A stretch of 64,000 nt of DNA from NCBI RefSeq assembly GCF_009914755.1, contig NC_060942.1; one strand, 5' to 3'. How positions within the stretch are numbered: position 1 is the stretch's first letter; every line of letters starts with the position of its first letter. The position numbers and the translations under genes were made by a program. This document shows, piece after piece, positions 11,913-27,656 of this stretch. Origin of the DNA: the human T2T-CHM13v2.0 reference genome, Homo sapiens. The notes below the pieces were generated by a model, which saw only the letters and a program-made list of their open reading frames with translations, was not told the DNA's origin and did no database searches.

Positions 11913-12260
11913 ATCCTTCCATCCACCTCCCATCCATCATTTACCCGTCCACATATCCATCCATCCATCCATGCATTCACTCACCCATCTACTAGTCCAC
12001 TCATCTATTCGTCCACCCATCTACCCATGTATCTACTCATCCATCCATATATCAATTTATCCATCTATCCACCCATCCATTCACCCAGCATCTGTCCATC
12101 CGTTTATCTACCTATGCATCAATCCACCCATCCATCCATCCATCCATCCATCCATCCATCCACCCACTCACCCATCCACACACCCACCCACATATCCATT
12201 TATCCATCCATCCATCCATCCACATATCCATTTATCCATCCATCCACACATCCACCCATC
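11913..12260. repeat. Degenerate (CCAT)n / (TGGA)n tetranucleotide repeat
   Basis: About 350 bp of catc/ccat variants; explains the H/P/S/I-rich ORFs. Confidence 0.95.
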
Positions 12261-12299
12261 TGATACTCACATAGTGCCTTGAGTTAGGCACAGTTCTAA

Positions 12300-12940
12300 G
12301 GATGCTCCCACTAATCCTCACCCTGACAGAGTCCCGCTCCCCACTGCACCCCTCATCCGCAGTATGGTGGAGCCTATCTATGATGAAGTGTCTCTTGTGA
12401 TTGTTACCTAATGGGGCAAAAAAAAAAAAAAAAAAAAAAAAGATTACCTGGGGCCCTCAGACCTAATCACAGGAGCCTTTAGGCAGGGAGGGTTTTCTCC
12501 ACTGGTGGCAGAAGTGGAAGTCAGAGAGATTCTAGGCTGAGAAGGATTTGAAGCGCCAGGGATGCCTTGAAGACAGAGGGGACCATGTGCATGTCCAGAG
12601 AGTGGCCCCTGGGACCTGAGAGTGACTCCTGCCACCACTAGCAAGGATGGGGGAAGTGGGCCCATTCTACAGTCTACAGAGCTGAATTCTACTGGCAACT
12701 GGGTGAGCTGGGGAGTGGGTTCCCTCCCAGAGCCTCTAAGAAGAGCCTGGCCGCTGACTCCTTAATGCTAGGCCTGGAGACCGGGAGTGCAGACTCCAGT
12801 TGAGCCTGACCCAGAGACCCAGAGTACAGACCCCAGTTGAGCCTGCCCTGACTTTTGACCTACAAAACTTTGAGCTCATAAACCTGTTTCAAGCTGTAAA
12901 ATATGTGGTGATTTGCTACACGGCAATAGAAAAACAGATG
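12300..12940 (+). mobile_element. MLT1-family MaLR solo LTR (MLT1D/E-like)
   Basis: Typical cctaatcaca...tacagagctgaattct...tttcaagc...atgtggtgatttgctacacggcaatagaaaa 3' end; internal A-run near 12418-12441. Confidence 0.75.
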
Positions 12941-14416
12941 CCTGCCTCCCACAGTGGAGCCTCCCGCTGCCTCTGGGAGCCAGGGCTGCAGGTACACAGG
13001 TGGACAGAACAGTCCCTGCCCTCATTTTGCTTGTGGATTAGAAGACGGAAATTAATAAAATCCAGTGGTGCGTTTTATGCCCTCCCTGATCGCTCCTTCG
13101 GAGATTCTCTTGCTTTGCGACCATTGGCTCACCCACCTGGTGCAGCCCCTGCCTCTCCTTGGTGGGCTCCTGGGACTTCAGCTTCGGTGGGCGACGTCCT
13201 CTTTGTACCATTTGCTCCAGGGCCCCCGTGCACCATTATCTCAGCCCTCTTTATTAGCTTTTCTCCAACTGTGTTTCCTGAAGCCCGGGTGTGCTGCATG
13301 ATGTCAAAAGCTGGTCTTTGAAAAAGCACTGCTCCGTGGCTAAACTGCTAGGAAAGCACTTCTGTATTTCAAGACTCCTCAGGGGCTTCAATGTGCGGAG
13401 CCGGAGGATGCAGCATGCCCCAAGTTTACCTTCCATGGAAGCACAGCTCCCCGGGCACCCAGCAGCCCTCTGAGAACAGGCTCCGGGGCACAGGCTGTGT
13501 GATGCTGCTGAAACTTTGCCCAGGTTTCCTCTGCTTCTCCAGGTGGCTGCTTCTTACGCATTCCGTACTCATACTCATTCTAAGCTGGTGATCAACCCAT
13601 GGCTTTCACAGTAACTGGGACCCACCTGTGTCCCGGGACGTACACACTGCATTCTAAGTGTCTCTTTGCCCACATATCACCACTGTACGCCCTTTGGAAT
13701 AGTTTTTCTCTATGATTGGAATGTTGTGTGCCCAGTAGATGTCCACTAAATATTTCTGAGTAAAGAAGGCTGTTAAATTTTACCAATCTATCCTGTTTTT
13801 CTCTTTCTCAGTTCAAAATGTGCTTCAGTCAAAGATGTGAACCATCTGTCCACGTCTCCATTAGGAATCAGCCTTTGGCTGAGGAAGGCCAGTGCTCTCC
13901 CCGTGCTAGGATGAGAAACGTGCATCACTCATGCAGAGCTGTCTGTGAACTGTCTTGACCAGCAACAACACAGCCCCTGCAGACGACGCTAATGCAATGC
14001 CGTGACACCACACGTCACGCTGCAGGTGAAGGGGGGGGGACCATGAGGCTGACTTATTTTCATACAAATTAAATACACTGCTGGAGCTAAGTCTATAATC
14101 CTATGTTTCTGAGAAAAAATACTTTACACAAAGCAAATGGTCATCATATTGAGGGAGGGGCCTTTCAGAACAAACACGTTGCCAGGAAAGACTCTCCTGC
14201 AAACATTACTGCTTAAGAATTCTTTCAAACTCAAGGGACTTTAAAGCTTTTTTGGGTAAGAAAACACTCCTTAAAATCATTCTGCTGACTGAGAACTTAC
14301 TAGGACAGGCTCCTAGGAAATGCAGAGGCGTTTTTCTCATAGAGTAAATAGAACCGTCAGTTCTTGGGTCAAATTGGAGGAAAAGTGAAAGGAAGAGAAG
14401 ATGTGACTCATGTCAC

Positions 14417-15720
14417 GGTCACATTTTGGAGACAGAGCTGAGCAAGTGCTGGTCACGTTTTGGAGGACTGAGCTGAGCAAGTGCTGGTCACATTTTGGAG
14501 GACTGAGCTGAGCAAGTGCTGGTCACATTTTGGAGGACTGAGCTGAGCAAGTGCTGGTCACATTTTGGAGACTGAGCTGAGCAAGTGCTGGTCACATTTT
14601 GGAGACAGAGCTGAGCAAGTGCTGGTCACATTTTGGAGGACTGAGCTGAGCAAGTGCTGGTCACATTTTGGAGGACTGAGCTGAGCAAGTGCTGGTCACA
14701 TTTTGGAGACTGAGCTGAGCAAGTGCTGGTCACATTTTGGAGACAGAACTGAGCAAGTGCTGCTCACGTTTCAGAGGACTGAGCTGAGCAAGTGCTGGTC
14801 ACATTTTGGAGGACTGAGCTGAGCAAGTGCTGGTCACATTTTGGAGGACTGAGCTGAGCAAGTGCTGGTCACATTTTGGAGACTGAGCTGAGCAAGTGCT
14901 GGTCACATTTTGGAGGACTGAGCTGAGCAAGTGCTGGTCACATTTTGGAGGACTGAGCTGAGCAAGTGCTGGTCACATTTTGGAGACTGAGCTGAGCAAG
15001 TGCTGGTCACATTTTGGAGACAGCTGAGCAAGTGCTGGTCACGTTTCAGAGGACTGAGCTGAGCAAGTGCTGGTCACATTTTGGAGGACTGAGCTGAGCA
15101 AGTGCTGGTCACATTTTGGAGACTGAGCTGAGCAAGTGCTGGTCACATTTTGGAGACAGAGCTGAGCAAGTGCTGCTCACGTTTTGGAGGACTGAGCTGA
15201 GCAAGTGCTGGTCACATTTTGGAGGACTGAGCTGAGCAAGTGCTGGTCACGTTTTGGAGACTGAGCTGAGCAAGTGCTGGTCACATTTTGGAGACTGAGC
15301 TGAGCAAGTGCTGGTCACGTTTCAGAGGACTGAGCTGAGCAAGTGCTGGTCACATTTTGGAGGACTGAGCTGAGTAAGTGCTGGTCACATTTTGGAGACA
15401 GAGCTGAGTAAGTGCTGGTCACATTTTGGAGACAGAGCTGAGCAAGTGCTGGTCACATTTTGGAGACAGAGCTGAGCAAGTGCTGATCACGTTTTGGAGA
15501 CAGAGCTGAGCAAGTGCTGGTCACATTTTGGAGACAGAGCTGAGCAAGTGCTGGTCACGTTTTGGAGACTGAGCTGAGCAAGTGCTGGTCACATTTTGGA
15601 GACTGAGCTGAGCAAGTGCTGGTCACGTTTCGGAGGACTGAGCTGAGCAAGTGCTGGTCACATTTTGGAGACAGAGCTGAGCAAGTGCTGGTCACATTTT
15701 GGAGGACTGAGCTGAGCAAG
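14417..15720. repeat. VNTR minisatellite, 34/35-bp unit, ~38 copies
   Basis: Unit ggtcacattttggag(g)ac(t/a)gagctgagcaagtgct repeated head-to-tail with no spacers. Confidence 0.98.
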
Positions 15721-16977
15721 CGGCCAGACTTTATCCTCCAGTGAGGTCGGGAGTATGTCCAGGTTTGGGGACAGAGACTGGCCAGAGCCACAGAGAGGTG
15801 GCTGGAGGGGCTGTTTTTAGGGCATTCTCAGCATTGCCAGCAGCTCTCCTCTTGAAGGTCTCTGAGCAGGATCTGGGGGATGATTCTGGAGGGCTGTCCA
15901 GGGAAGGTGGCAGAAATGAATCCAGAGTGGAGAGTTCCAACTTCCAAGCTGACCAGTTTTGTGACTGAGCAGGTAATTAAAACTTAGTATTTACCAGCCT
16001 TCGCCTTTTCTCTTCCATCCTCTGGCTTGCAGGATGAGAGGAGGAGGAAGCGTGCTCAGCCTCTCTGATGAAGCTGCTCTGTGCAGCCGAGGCGCCTGGA
16101 GTACATCGCTGCTGGGTGACAGCAGGACGGTACCAAGTGCTGGTGACAGAGACGTGGCCACATGCAGAAAGCAGGCGACGGGCCTCCGAACAGGCCTCCC
16201 GAGGTCTGCAGCGTGTTCACCAATTATACAGAAATAATCATTTTGAAATAAATCACACTGCTGCCTTTGCAGGTTATTTCCATGCAAATGCAGAGTCGCA
16301 GTAGGGAATGATAAGGCAATCGATATTAAAAATCCAACCAAGACAGCAAATCAGATGCTCAAAAGGGTTCCTGTCAATAATGACTTCAGTCAGTTCCAGG
16401 GCCCAAGATTTAACAGCCAGCGACTACTAAGATAGAAGACTTCTCAATGAATCTGCAAAGGGATCAATACACTGAAAGACGAATCACATCCACATGCGAG
16501 CCGCATAGAAATTAAGAATTTGTGCCAGAAACCTTAGCTTCAAGGGATGGGGAACAACAGTTCAGTTTAAAAGAAAAGAAACATGTTGGCAAATAACAGA
16601 AGATGAGGGCAAGTTCTGCAATAATTCAGATGCATAACAAGGACTGGCCACAGTGTGAACTGGCAGCCCTGGGTTCCAGGTTGCAAAGACCTTTCTGATG
16701 CACTTTCATATTTGGTCCTCTGCCATACATAGAGTGTATGTTACTAACCCAAGTTTACACAACAGGGACCCAGAAGTAGTGGCCCTTACTCAACAGCACG
16801 CTGGCAGTAGAAAGGCAAACCCTTTGTTTGACATCATATTTGGTGTTTCTTTGCTATCATGCCGTAACTGGGTCCTGGGAATGACAGGAGCCCAAGCTTG
16901 CAGACCTGTGACTATGTTTGTCCCTGTCTCTCCTACATTTCCAGCACCTAACCCAGGGCTTGGCATCAAGTACTTGC

Positions 16978-17085
16978 TATGTATGGGTGCATATATGCAT
17001 ATGCATGTCTGTGCATGTATGTTTATATATGTATGGACATGTGCATATATATATGTATGCATATATGTACACATGTACGCATATC
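16978..17085. repeat. (TATG/TA/CA)n low-complexity repeat
   Basis: Alternating purine-pyrimidine tract. Confidence 0.85.
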
Positions 17086-17262
17086 ACTTTCTTGATGCAA
17101 GAATTACTCATCAATTAATATGATGTGTGCTCTTGTTAGCTTTTTATGTAATATTTTAAAACATAAGATATTTTAAGAGTGGCCAGAGTTTTTCATTTGT
17201 ATTCTGTACTGGGCAGAACAACACGATATCACTGGTTAGTATGGAGGTTTGAATAATCAGTG

Positions 17263-17590
17263 AGAGGCGTCTTCAAACTATGCCTCGGGGCCAAATCTGG
17301 CCCATATGTTTTTGTACATCTCGAAAGGTGAGAATATTTTTTTACCTTCTAAATGGTTAAAAAAGAAAAATAGTATTTTGTGACACATGAAAGACATAGG
17401 CCATTCAATTTCCAGTGTCCATAAGGGTTCACTGAAACACAGTCACACTCATTTGCTGATGAAATTGTCTCGGCTGCTTTTGTGCACTGATGGCAGGTGC
17501 ACAAGCAGAGGCTCCACAGAGACTGCGTAGCCTGCAAAACCTAAAATATATACTGTCTGGCCCTTTATGGAGAAAGCTTGCTGACTTCTG
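17263..17590. mobile_element. MER58-like hAT-Charlie element
   Basis: caaacta...gggccaaatctggccc at one end; tactgtctggccctttatggagaaagcttgctgacttctg at the other. Confidence 0.75.
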
Positions 17591-18557
17591 TGATCTATAA
17601 AATAATTTAAAGTTCTAAGAACAGGCAGGGGTGACTAGTTGGTGCTGCCCTGATGGGATAGAGTGCTGACAGTTAACGCAACACAACTCAGAAGTCAGAT
17701 TTTTGTGAGCCTCTAGGTGTATGAAGCCAGGGTGAGAGACTATTTGCACTGTTGAAGCTCTGAGGCTAGAGGGGTAAGGTGGAGTTAAAGTATGCATTTG
17801 GTTTTAATTTCATAAATGAAATGGATGAGAATTATTTTAAAACCAGAAGATGAATGTAAGGTGATGGAGGAAGTCAGCCCTCTGGGATAATTTATGTTTA
17901 ATTCATACCCAAGGGCCACCCTAGAACACAGCAGGCATGCAGGGGAGGGTGAACAGCACCCCACATGCCAGGGGACAGAGGTCAGGGGAGTGTGAACAGC
18001 ATGAGCAGCCTGACCTCATCTCTGCTTCCTGCCAGAAGAAAGTTGTTTCTTAGACAAAAACATTCTGAAATCAGGTAGGAGCTGTGAATCAAGTGGTAGG
18101 AAGGAAGAACAGGATTTGTGATCATTTATCACTGAGAAGCTAGAGGAAAATGGGGAACAGAAGGGAAACGCAGGGGTGGATGCCCAGCCCCTGTCCGGTC
18201 ACCCGAATACAGTTCTTACAACTGACACCCTCGACAGCCAGGACCTCTGAGTCAGGGAATGCTGGTGCGGCCGGCTCTACAGCATGACTCTACAGCATGA
18301 CTGCGCATGCACTTGGTTTTCATTGTTCATAGAGTAGGAAAATTACTCTGGTGATTGAGGACTTTATTGGTACAAAATCACATAGAAATTATAAAGCCAC
18401 AGTTACCTAAACGAATATGCACCTGCCTTGACACCCACAAGTGTCTCATACTTCTTTAAGAACCAAATTTTAGTCTCTTCTCATATTATCTTTACTTTTT
18501 TCTTCCCTTCCAATTCTAAAATATGTTTGGTAAATGATCAAATACAAGTTTGTTTAG

Positions 18558-20274
<1,717 letters not shown>

Positions 20275-23225
20275 AAAGAATGGTCCATAAAAGACCTGCA
20301 GGAACCCCCAGGAGATTAGTGCCACAGACCCCGCATCATCGATTTGTCACCAGTGAAAAGAGGCACACTTTCTAGTCATCACAAGAAACAAGTCCCACCT
20401 GGAGCTCTCCAACACAGAAATCAAGGAAAACCATGAATTCACAATAAACTGGAAAGAACTCTCATTTTCTCTGACCTTTTTTGGAAGTTTTGCTGCTGAA
20501 TACATGCATAGCCTGTATTAAGAAGCGAGGGCAAGGGAGGTGTGCAGGAAGTGGCATGCTCTCTTATCCTTTCAGACAAAGGCACGTGTTCTGAAAACCT
20601 GGAAAACCTCCTGTTCGGTCTCCCCGGGGGACCTGACTCTCAGTCTCCCCAGGGGATCTGACTCTCAGCCCTGGGCACCACGCTTTGAGCCCATGGCGTG
20701 TCCCACTCTGATTGGCACCCTTTCTCTTAGCTGAAACAGAGTGTCAGGCTTAACTTTCACACTTCCAAAAACATTTGCATGATTTTGTAAATATCCAGAG
20801 AATACTTTTATTATTTCTTATCTGAAAACTCTAGTGAGAAACCATAACCATTAATACGTATTCTGTATTGCGGGATAGACATGACCCCCAGCTTACCACG
20901 GGAAAAATAGCAGATACATTTCCCACTGGGCATTTTGTAAGGGAGAGAGTTATTTTAGGTCTTTTCTTGGGGACAGTTGCAGAGCTGTACGCAGCACTTA
21001 CTGTCCCTGGAGGTCGCAGGAACAATGGTGTCAAATGTCTAGCACAGCGGCCGGGCCAGGGCCTCACACAATGTCTGTTTTTCAGAAACGGCATCCAACA
21101 CCCAGCAAGCGCCTGCGCAGTGCCTGCCCGGTACCAGCTCGTGTTAGCTACTATTTTTTAAGGATAAAAATAACTTAAAAGCTCTTCAAGTGAGGAACTA
21201 TTCAGTAAAATACTTTTAAAAAGCCTCAGGCAAGAACATGATTTTCCAGATTAGGAGAAGGTGATATAATAATTAGTCAAATGGGAAGAAAGGCGTTCCA
21301 AGATATCATTTATCAAAATGGCCTTGGATAACTCTCTTCAACCTCTTTGGTGCTGAGCTACTTCTAGATATACATAGTTTTAGAAAAGAATGCATACTAA
21401 CATTAACGTTTTGAGAAAATTTATCATGATCACAGAATCAGATATTGCTTATATTTTATAGGGCCTATCAGAATGAAGAAACTGAAATATTTCCCATCTA
21501 TGCATCTAGAGGAGGTAGAGACTTCTAAAGGTTCATTCATGAAAATTCTAACTTAATCACAATGGGCACTTACAATAATCTTTCACCTTTTTTTGCGTGA
21601 ACCTTGAATAAGTTGGTAATTAAAAAAATTATCATACGTAGAAAGTCAACATCTCCATGTCATGAAAATAAATTAATAAACAGTTCTTCAAAATTGAAAT
21701 ACGATTGTCTCTTTAAATCTCACTGTAACATTTTTCTGTTTTTATCGCAGGGACAACATGGCAGAGATTCCTGTAAGTCTTGGGTTATTTCTGAGTGCTG
21801 GTTATCGTGGCATCTGAAAATGTAAATAAGTGATGTACCCTGTGGGGTAGCTCTGCTGCAGGCACCCCGGGGACCTGCTGGTGACCCTGCCCTTCTCCTG
21901 CTGCGAACATCCCAGGCCAGCGTGACACTCACAGCAGCGTGGACGTCTCTCTGCAAACGCCCAAATGCAGTGTATGAAATGTCATCCCTAGAAATGGCTT
22001 CATTTGGGATAAAGCTTTGAACTTGCGTGCGTGCCCCGCACCCCGTGGCGGACTGAGTCACTGCTTTGCTGTTGCGGCGTGGTGAGTAAAACTTTCTCAG
22101 GGGAGCCGGAGTTGAGTGAGAAAGGGATGCAGGACACGCAGGAGCTGACACATCTCTATGGATTTAAGTCGCTGTTTCCACAAATGCTACTCACATGCCC
22201 ACACGTGTAGGGCAGGACTGTCACGCGTCCACTCTGCTCAGCTTTCCAGGCCGGATCTGGTCCCAGCCATTCTACCTGACCCAGACTCCCCGCACCCCTG
22301 CCATTCCCCCAGCTGCCGTCCTGTGTCTCCTGATTTCTGCGTTTTTGATCCTGAGGCTCTCTGCCTCTCTGCCTCTCTGCCTTCTCCCTGGAGGCCGTGC
22401 AAATCCTGTTCTCCTTCCAGCGGTGAGTTCCTCCTGCTGACCACCTCCCCCGATGCCCTCCACGCTGCACACTGGGCTGGTCTGCAGAGGTCGAATGCAC
22501 TCCCTGGTGACTTACACATCTCACAAGTGCCCTCCATCACCTGCTTGTGAACTCCTGACCACAGCAGCCTACTCCATGTCCCCCTGTGGATGCTGCAATG
22601 CCCAGCACCACACTGGTGGCTCAAAGACTGCATGCCTGAGACGGGGTCCAAACCCCTCTTCAACTGTCCTCCAAGCTTCAGGTCCACCGTGACCTCCCCC
22701 AACTCTGCTGCAGCTGCCGTGGTGCCAGCCCCCTGCCCCTCTCCTCCACCTCCATAGATCAGGCTTCAGTGTCTGGGGACCTGGGGACTGCTGTCCTCCT
22801 TCCCAGCATGAAGTTCTACTGCAAGGGCCACTCTCCCTGTACAGGCCTTCCTGACCCCTCGTCCCTGGAAAGCCCTCTCCAGGGCCCTCGGCCTCGCTGT
22901 CTCACATCACTCGCCTCCCTACCCCACCTCCCTCCTCGCACCTGGGACGCAGGTGCCCTCCGGTCACACCCTTCCATCCCATGTGGTGCTGAGCCCCTCA
23001 CACACACGAGGGGCCCCGGAATCACCTGCCACGTGAATAAACAAAGTCAGATCTGAAATGCTTAAAAGCAAATTAAACTTAACTCATAAAAGGAGAAGAA
23101 AAATGTTCATTTAGAAAAGTTGTATTTGTTTTCTTTCCAAATAAATTTACTTGTAGGAAACAGAAATGTCTGTTCTCTTAACAACAATTGTGAGGATGAC
23201 TGTAAGGTTGTTGTCTGTTGTATCC

Positions 23226-23333
23226 TGTGTGTAAGTGTGTGTGACTGTGTGAGTGTGTAAGAAAATGTGAGTCTGTGAGAGAACATGAGTGTGTGTGTGT
23301 AAGTGTGGTGTGTGAGTGTGGAGTGTGTGAGTG
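23226..23333. repeat. Degenerate (TG)n repeat
   Basis: Direct reading. Confidence 0.85.
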
Positions 23334-23620
23334 TTCAAGATTCCCTACATAACGGGATACACACAGATGTACTGATAAGCGGATAGATACGATCTTGATG
23401 TATGATGATGGAGGCTGGTTTCTCTAAGTAATCAGCCTACATGTCTGGGGTTAATCTGCTTATTCTTTGCCATTAGAAAAGGGACATTATGTTGGTTGGA
23501 GAAAACTGGTGACAAGTGGTAAACAGAGTAGCTGCTGACAACAGCAAGTGGACAGAGGTCTCTCTGATCACCATGTAAATGTTACAGCCCACCCGTTAAT
23601 GCACAACTGGGTGTTAAACC

Positions 23621-23969
23621 AACTGACCTGCTGCCGGCAGCACCTGCCGGCATCAGGTCAGGGTCTCTGGAGCCCGGCTGCCAGTAAAGACACTTGCATG
23701 CATCTCCGAATTGACCCGCTGCAGCAGCACCTGGCTGCACCAGGTCAGGGTCTCTGGAGCCTGGCTGCCAGCAGAGACATTTGCATGCGTCTCTGGACTG
23801 ACCCGCTGCAGCAGCACCTGCCTGCACCAGGTCAGGGTCTCTGGAGCCTGGCTGCCAGCAGAGACATTTGCATGCATCTCTGAACTGACCCGCTGCAGCG
23901 GCACCTGCCTGCACCAGGTCAGGGTCTCTGGAGCCTGGCTGCCAGCAGAGACATTTGCATGTGTCTCCG
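23621..23969. repeat. 87-bp tandem repeat x4
   Basis: gacc(c/t)gctgc starts at 23625, 23713, 23800 and 23887. The 29-codon period explains the repetitive ORFs. Confidence 0.95.
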
Positions 23970-25559
23970 ACAATGTCCTAAGGAAGGCACCTGCACTGCC
24001 AACACCGACTTCTGCTGCAAATTCTGAAAACCCTTGAGGTTAGATTGTTAGCCAGGAGTGCTCAGAGTATTGAAATAAATGGACTGTGACAAAATTCCAC
24101 ACTGTTCTGTAATTTCCATCTTCTGTAGCAAAGCCATTTCCAAAGTTGAAAAATTACTATTGTGAATGTAATCTTTCATTTTTATTAGAAACAGCACCGA
24201 TTAACAGTGAAATTACTTAAATCTTAGCATGTAGGCAGCACAGAGAAAAGGAGACCAAAACCTCCACGCAACTGACATCCTGGAAAGTGGATGGTGCCTT
24301 TTGTCCTGCGGGAGTGTTTCCTAGCACAGCCGCGAGGTGAGTATTGGGCACTAATGCAGGTTTTAGAAATCCAGCTACAAGACTGTGGCCCAGCTCCATG
24401 GCAAACATGTCGATAGATGTGACATTTGTTTTCTGGAAGACACCAGGAGGGAGAGCTTCATTCATGTAATATTATATGAACTAGAAACTGAATATATAAC
24501 ATACTTAATAATCTAGATATTCAAATTGCTGGATCAAACTTTGTCTATTAACTACAGACATGAATGTTGGTATTTATGTAGCTGTTAAAATGTTGCATAG
24601 TTTTACTCCTTGGTAACATTAAAACCTATAGAGACTTCACGTCCTGAGAGTGTCAGAGATGTTGGCTAGATGAGGCTATTACTCTGCCTATTCTAGAACA
24701 TTCTCAGGCACGGAAGCTTACTCCCGCATTAGCAAGATACCCAGTTTTGTCAGATATTTGTGCTTTAGAACCCTGGCCCACTTTTCTTCCCACTTTAAGT
24801 AGCTATTACCTGATACACAAACAACTTGCTCCCCGGAAGGGAAATCCACTGGCATGGTTCATCCACGGCATGAAGACACTTAGGCTGAGGCACAGGGAGG
24901 GTGTGTTGGGCCTGGTTCCTCAAGCACTGGTTGGGCATTTGTGTGGATTGCTGCCTCCTCAACCACTGCCTCCCTCCAATTATCCTCCTGACAAACCAGC
25001 TGTCCTCCCTGCACCTCTGGTCTGGCAGCTGCAGGGGCAAGGCCAGGGCCAGGCCGACCCTTTCAGATGTGCCTGGGGAGGCTGGAGGAGGTAGCGACAG
25101 GTCCCAGTCCCCTGGAGCTATAAATGAGCATTGTGGTTCCACATTATTCCATAGTCTCTCCAAAGACTCGGTCCTTGTTCCTACGGCCCACCCTTCCTTC
25201 CAGATCAGCGGGAGAGAGCTCTGGAAGACGGGAGGGAAAGCTTTTGTTCTAGTGTAAGTACTGGCTTAGAGGAATTAAATTTAAAGACAGATAACTGGAC
25301 TCTCAGGTTTCACTGCTGATCCAGTGACTGTCACCATCGGGAGGCAGAATCTCTGATGCCAGGAAACATCAGGGCCTCCATCCCTCAGCTGCCTGCAAGC
25401 TCCACATCTTCATGGAGAGGTCAACCAGGCAGCAGAGAGGATTTTTACCTCTGGGGAATGGTGTTCGATAAACACCCAAATGTGAAAGATAGACATGAAA
25501 AGGAAAGTCTAAATGAACAAACCTTGGAGCCGAACGTAACAGACAAAACAAAGGCGACC

Positions 25560-26100
25560 ACGGCTGGGTGCCTGCCCAAGAGAACCGCAGACCTATGTCC
25601 ACGGGAAACCCTGAACGCCAAGGCTCCGGCAGTAGGATTCACGACAGCCAAAGGGTGGCAGCCACCTGAACATCCGTGAGCTGATGCGTGGATGAACTGA
25701 CGGTGATGTGCACACACGATAGAATATCCTCCTGTCGTAAGGAGGAATGCAGCACTAGCGTGCGCTACTCCATGATGAACCTCACCAGCATTGTGTGAAG
25801 TGAAAGAAGCCAGCCATAAAACACCACGCATTTACAGGAAGAATCCAGGACACGCAAATCCACAGGCATGGAAAGTAGATTCGCAGTGGCCGGGGGCTGG
25901 GGTGAGACGTGTCGGGGAAGAGAATGGAGAAGGACGTCTAGTGGCTCCAGGTGTTCTTGCTGGGGTGGTGAAAATGTTCTAAGGTTAGATAACGATGGTT
26001 GCACAGTTCTGGGGATACACTAAAAACCGTTAATGTGTACACTGAAAATGGCTGAACTCTGTGGTTTGTAAATTATCTCACTAAGCTTGTTAAAACATAA
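25560..26100 (+). mobile_element. Old LINE-1 3' end (L1MB/L1MC-like), unusually GC-rich
   Basis: Landmarks gatgaacctc, aagtgaaagaagccag, gatggttgcaca, aattatctcactaagc are shared with the L1M copies at 60.6-61.0 and 61.9-62.5 kb. Confidence 0.75.
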
Positions 26101-26895
26101 AAGCAATTAAATCCATTTTCATTTTGCTGTTTTGTTGCTTCGACACAACTTTTCAACAAAACAGAAAATACATCAGAAGATAAAGATGGTATACTCAATC
26201 CTATTTTTAAGGCAACTGGGAGAACTAGAGATATATTTAATATTTAATTCCAAATGCTAGCAAATGAACTGATTATTTACCAGAACAGGCCAGTGAATAA
26301 GGTATGTATTATGCAATCAAGGAATTAGATCTATTAATCTTCAGAGGGAAATCCTGTGCAGAAATACAATGATATCATAGTACCACTAAGACCAATTCAC
26401 CCCAAAGCTAGAAATCAAATAATTTTCAACAATGTGATGATTACGCAATGCCAGTAAAAAATAGGCTAATTATCAATTTTGGAATTAAACACTTAAATGA
26501 GCTAAGTGTCTGTTTTGACCCCCCAAAGCATCTCTCGTTTGACGCCCTTTTAATCTCCACTGGGAAGGCCCTCCTTCCACACACAGCACCCCAGCAGGAA
26601 GACAGCTGTAGGCAGCAGGTGGGCAGTCGTGGTACCTGCTCCTATTTCCTCATCTTTACCCGAAAGAGGACCTTGGGCTTCCAGCCCTAGCAGCGTTCTG
26701 AGGACTGTGCAGAGGTAGAAGGAAAGCTGGGCCATTGTCATAGGAAACTGTTTCTTTTATGATTAAGGATGTGGCGGTGGAAGGAAGAGGTCCAACTGGA
26801 GAAGAGAAAAATGAAAGCTCATCACTCATAGACCACTGTGCGAGGCCTTCTATTGGCATCTGACTTTATGCGTCCCTAACAATCTCTGCAGGTAG

Positions 26896-27265
<370 letters not shown>

Positions 27266-27294
27266 TAAAAAAACATTAAACACACATGGATTAA

Positions 27295-27656
<362 letters not shown>

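Noticed and set aside
11913-12260. The classical MBP 5' (TGGA)n marker used in multiple sclerosis association studies
   Set aside because: Same motif, but as I recall that marker lies about 1-2 kb upstream of the classic MBP start, which is outside this window. This tract is distal to the putative M4.
14417-15720. CRISPR-like array (~35-bp repeats)
   Set aside because: Units are contiguous with no unique spacers, there are no cas genes, and the context is primate DNA. It is a minisatellite.
23548-24037. Repetitive ORFs in several frames
   Set aside because: Consequence of the 87-bp (29-codon) tandem unit.
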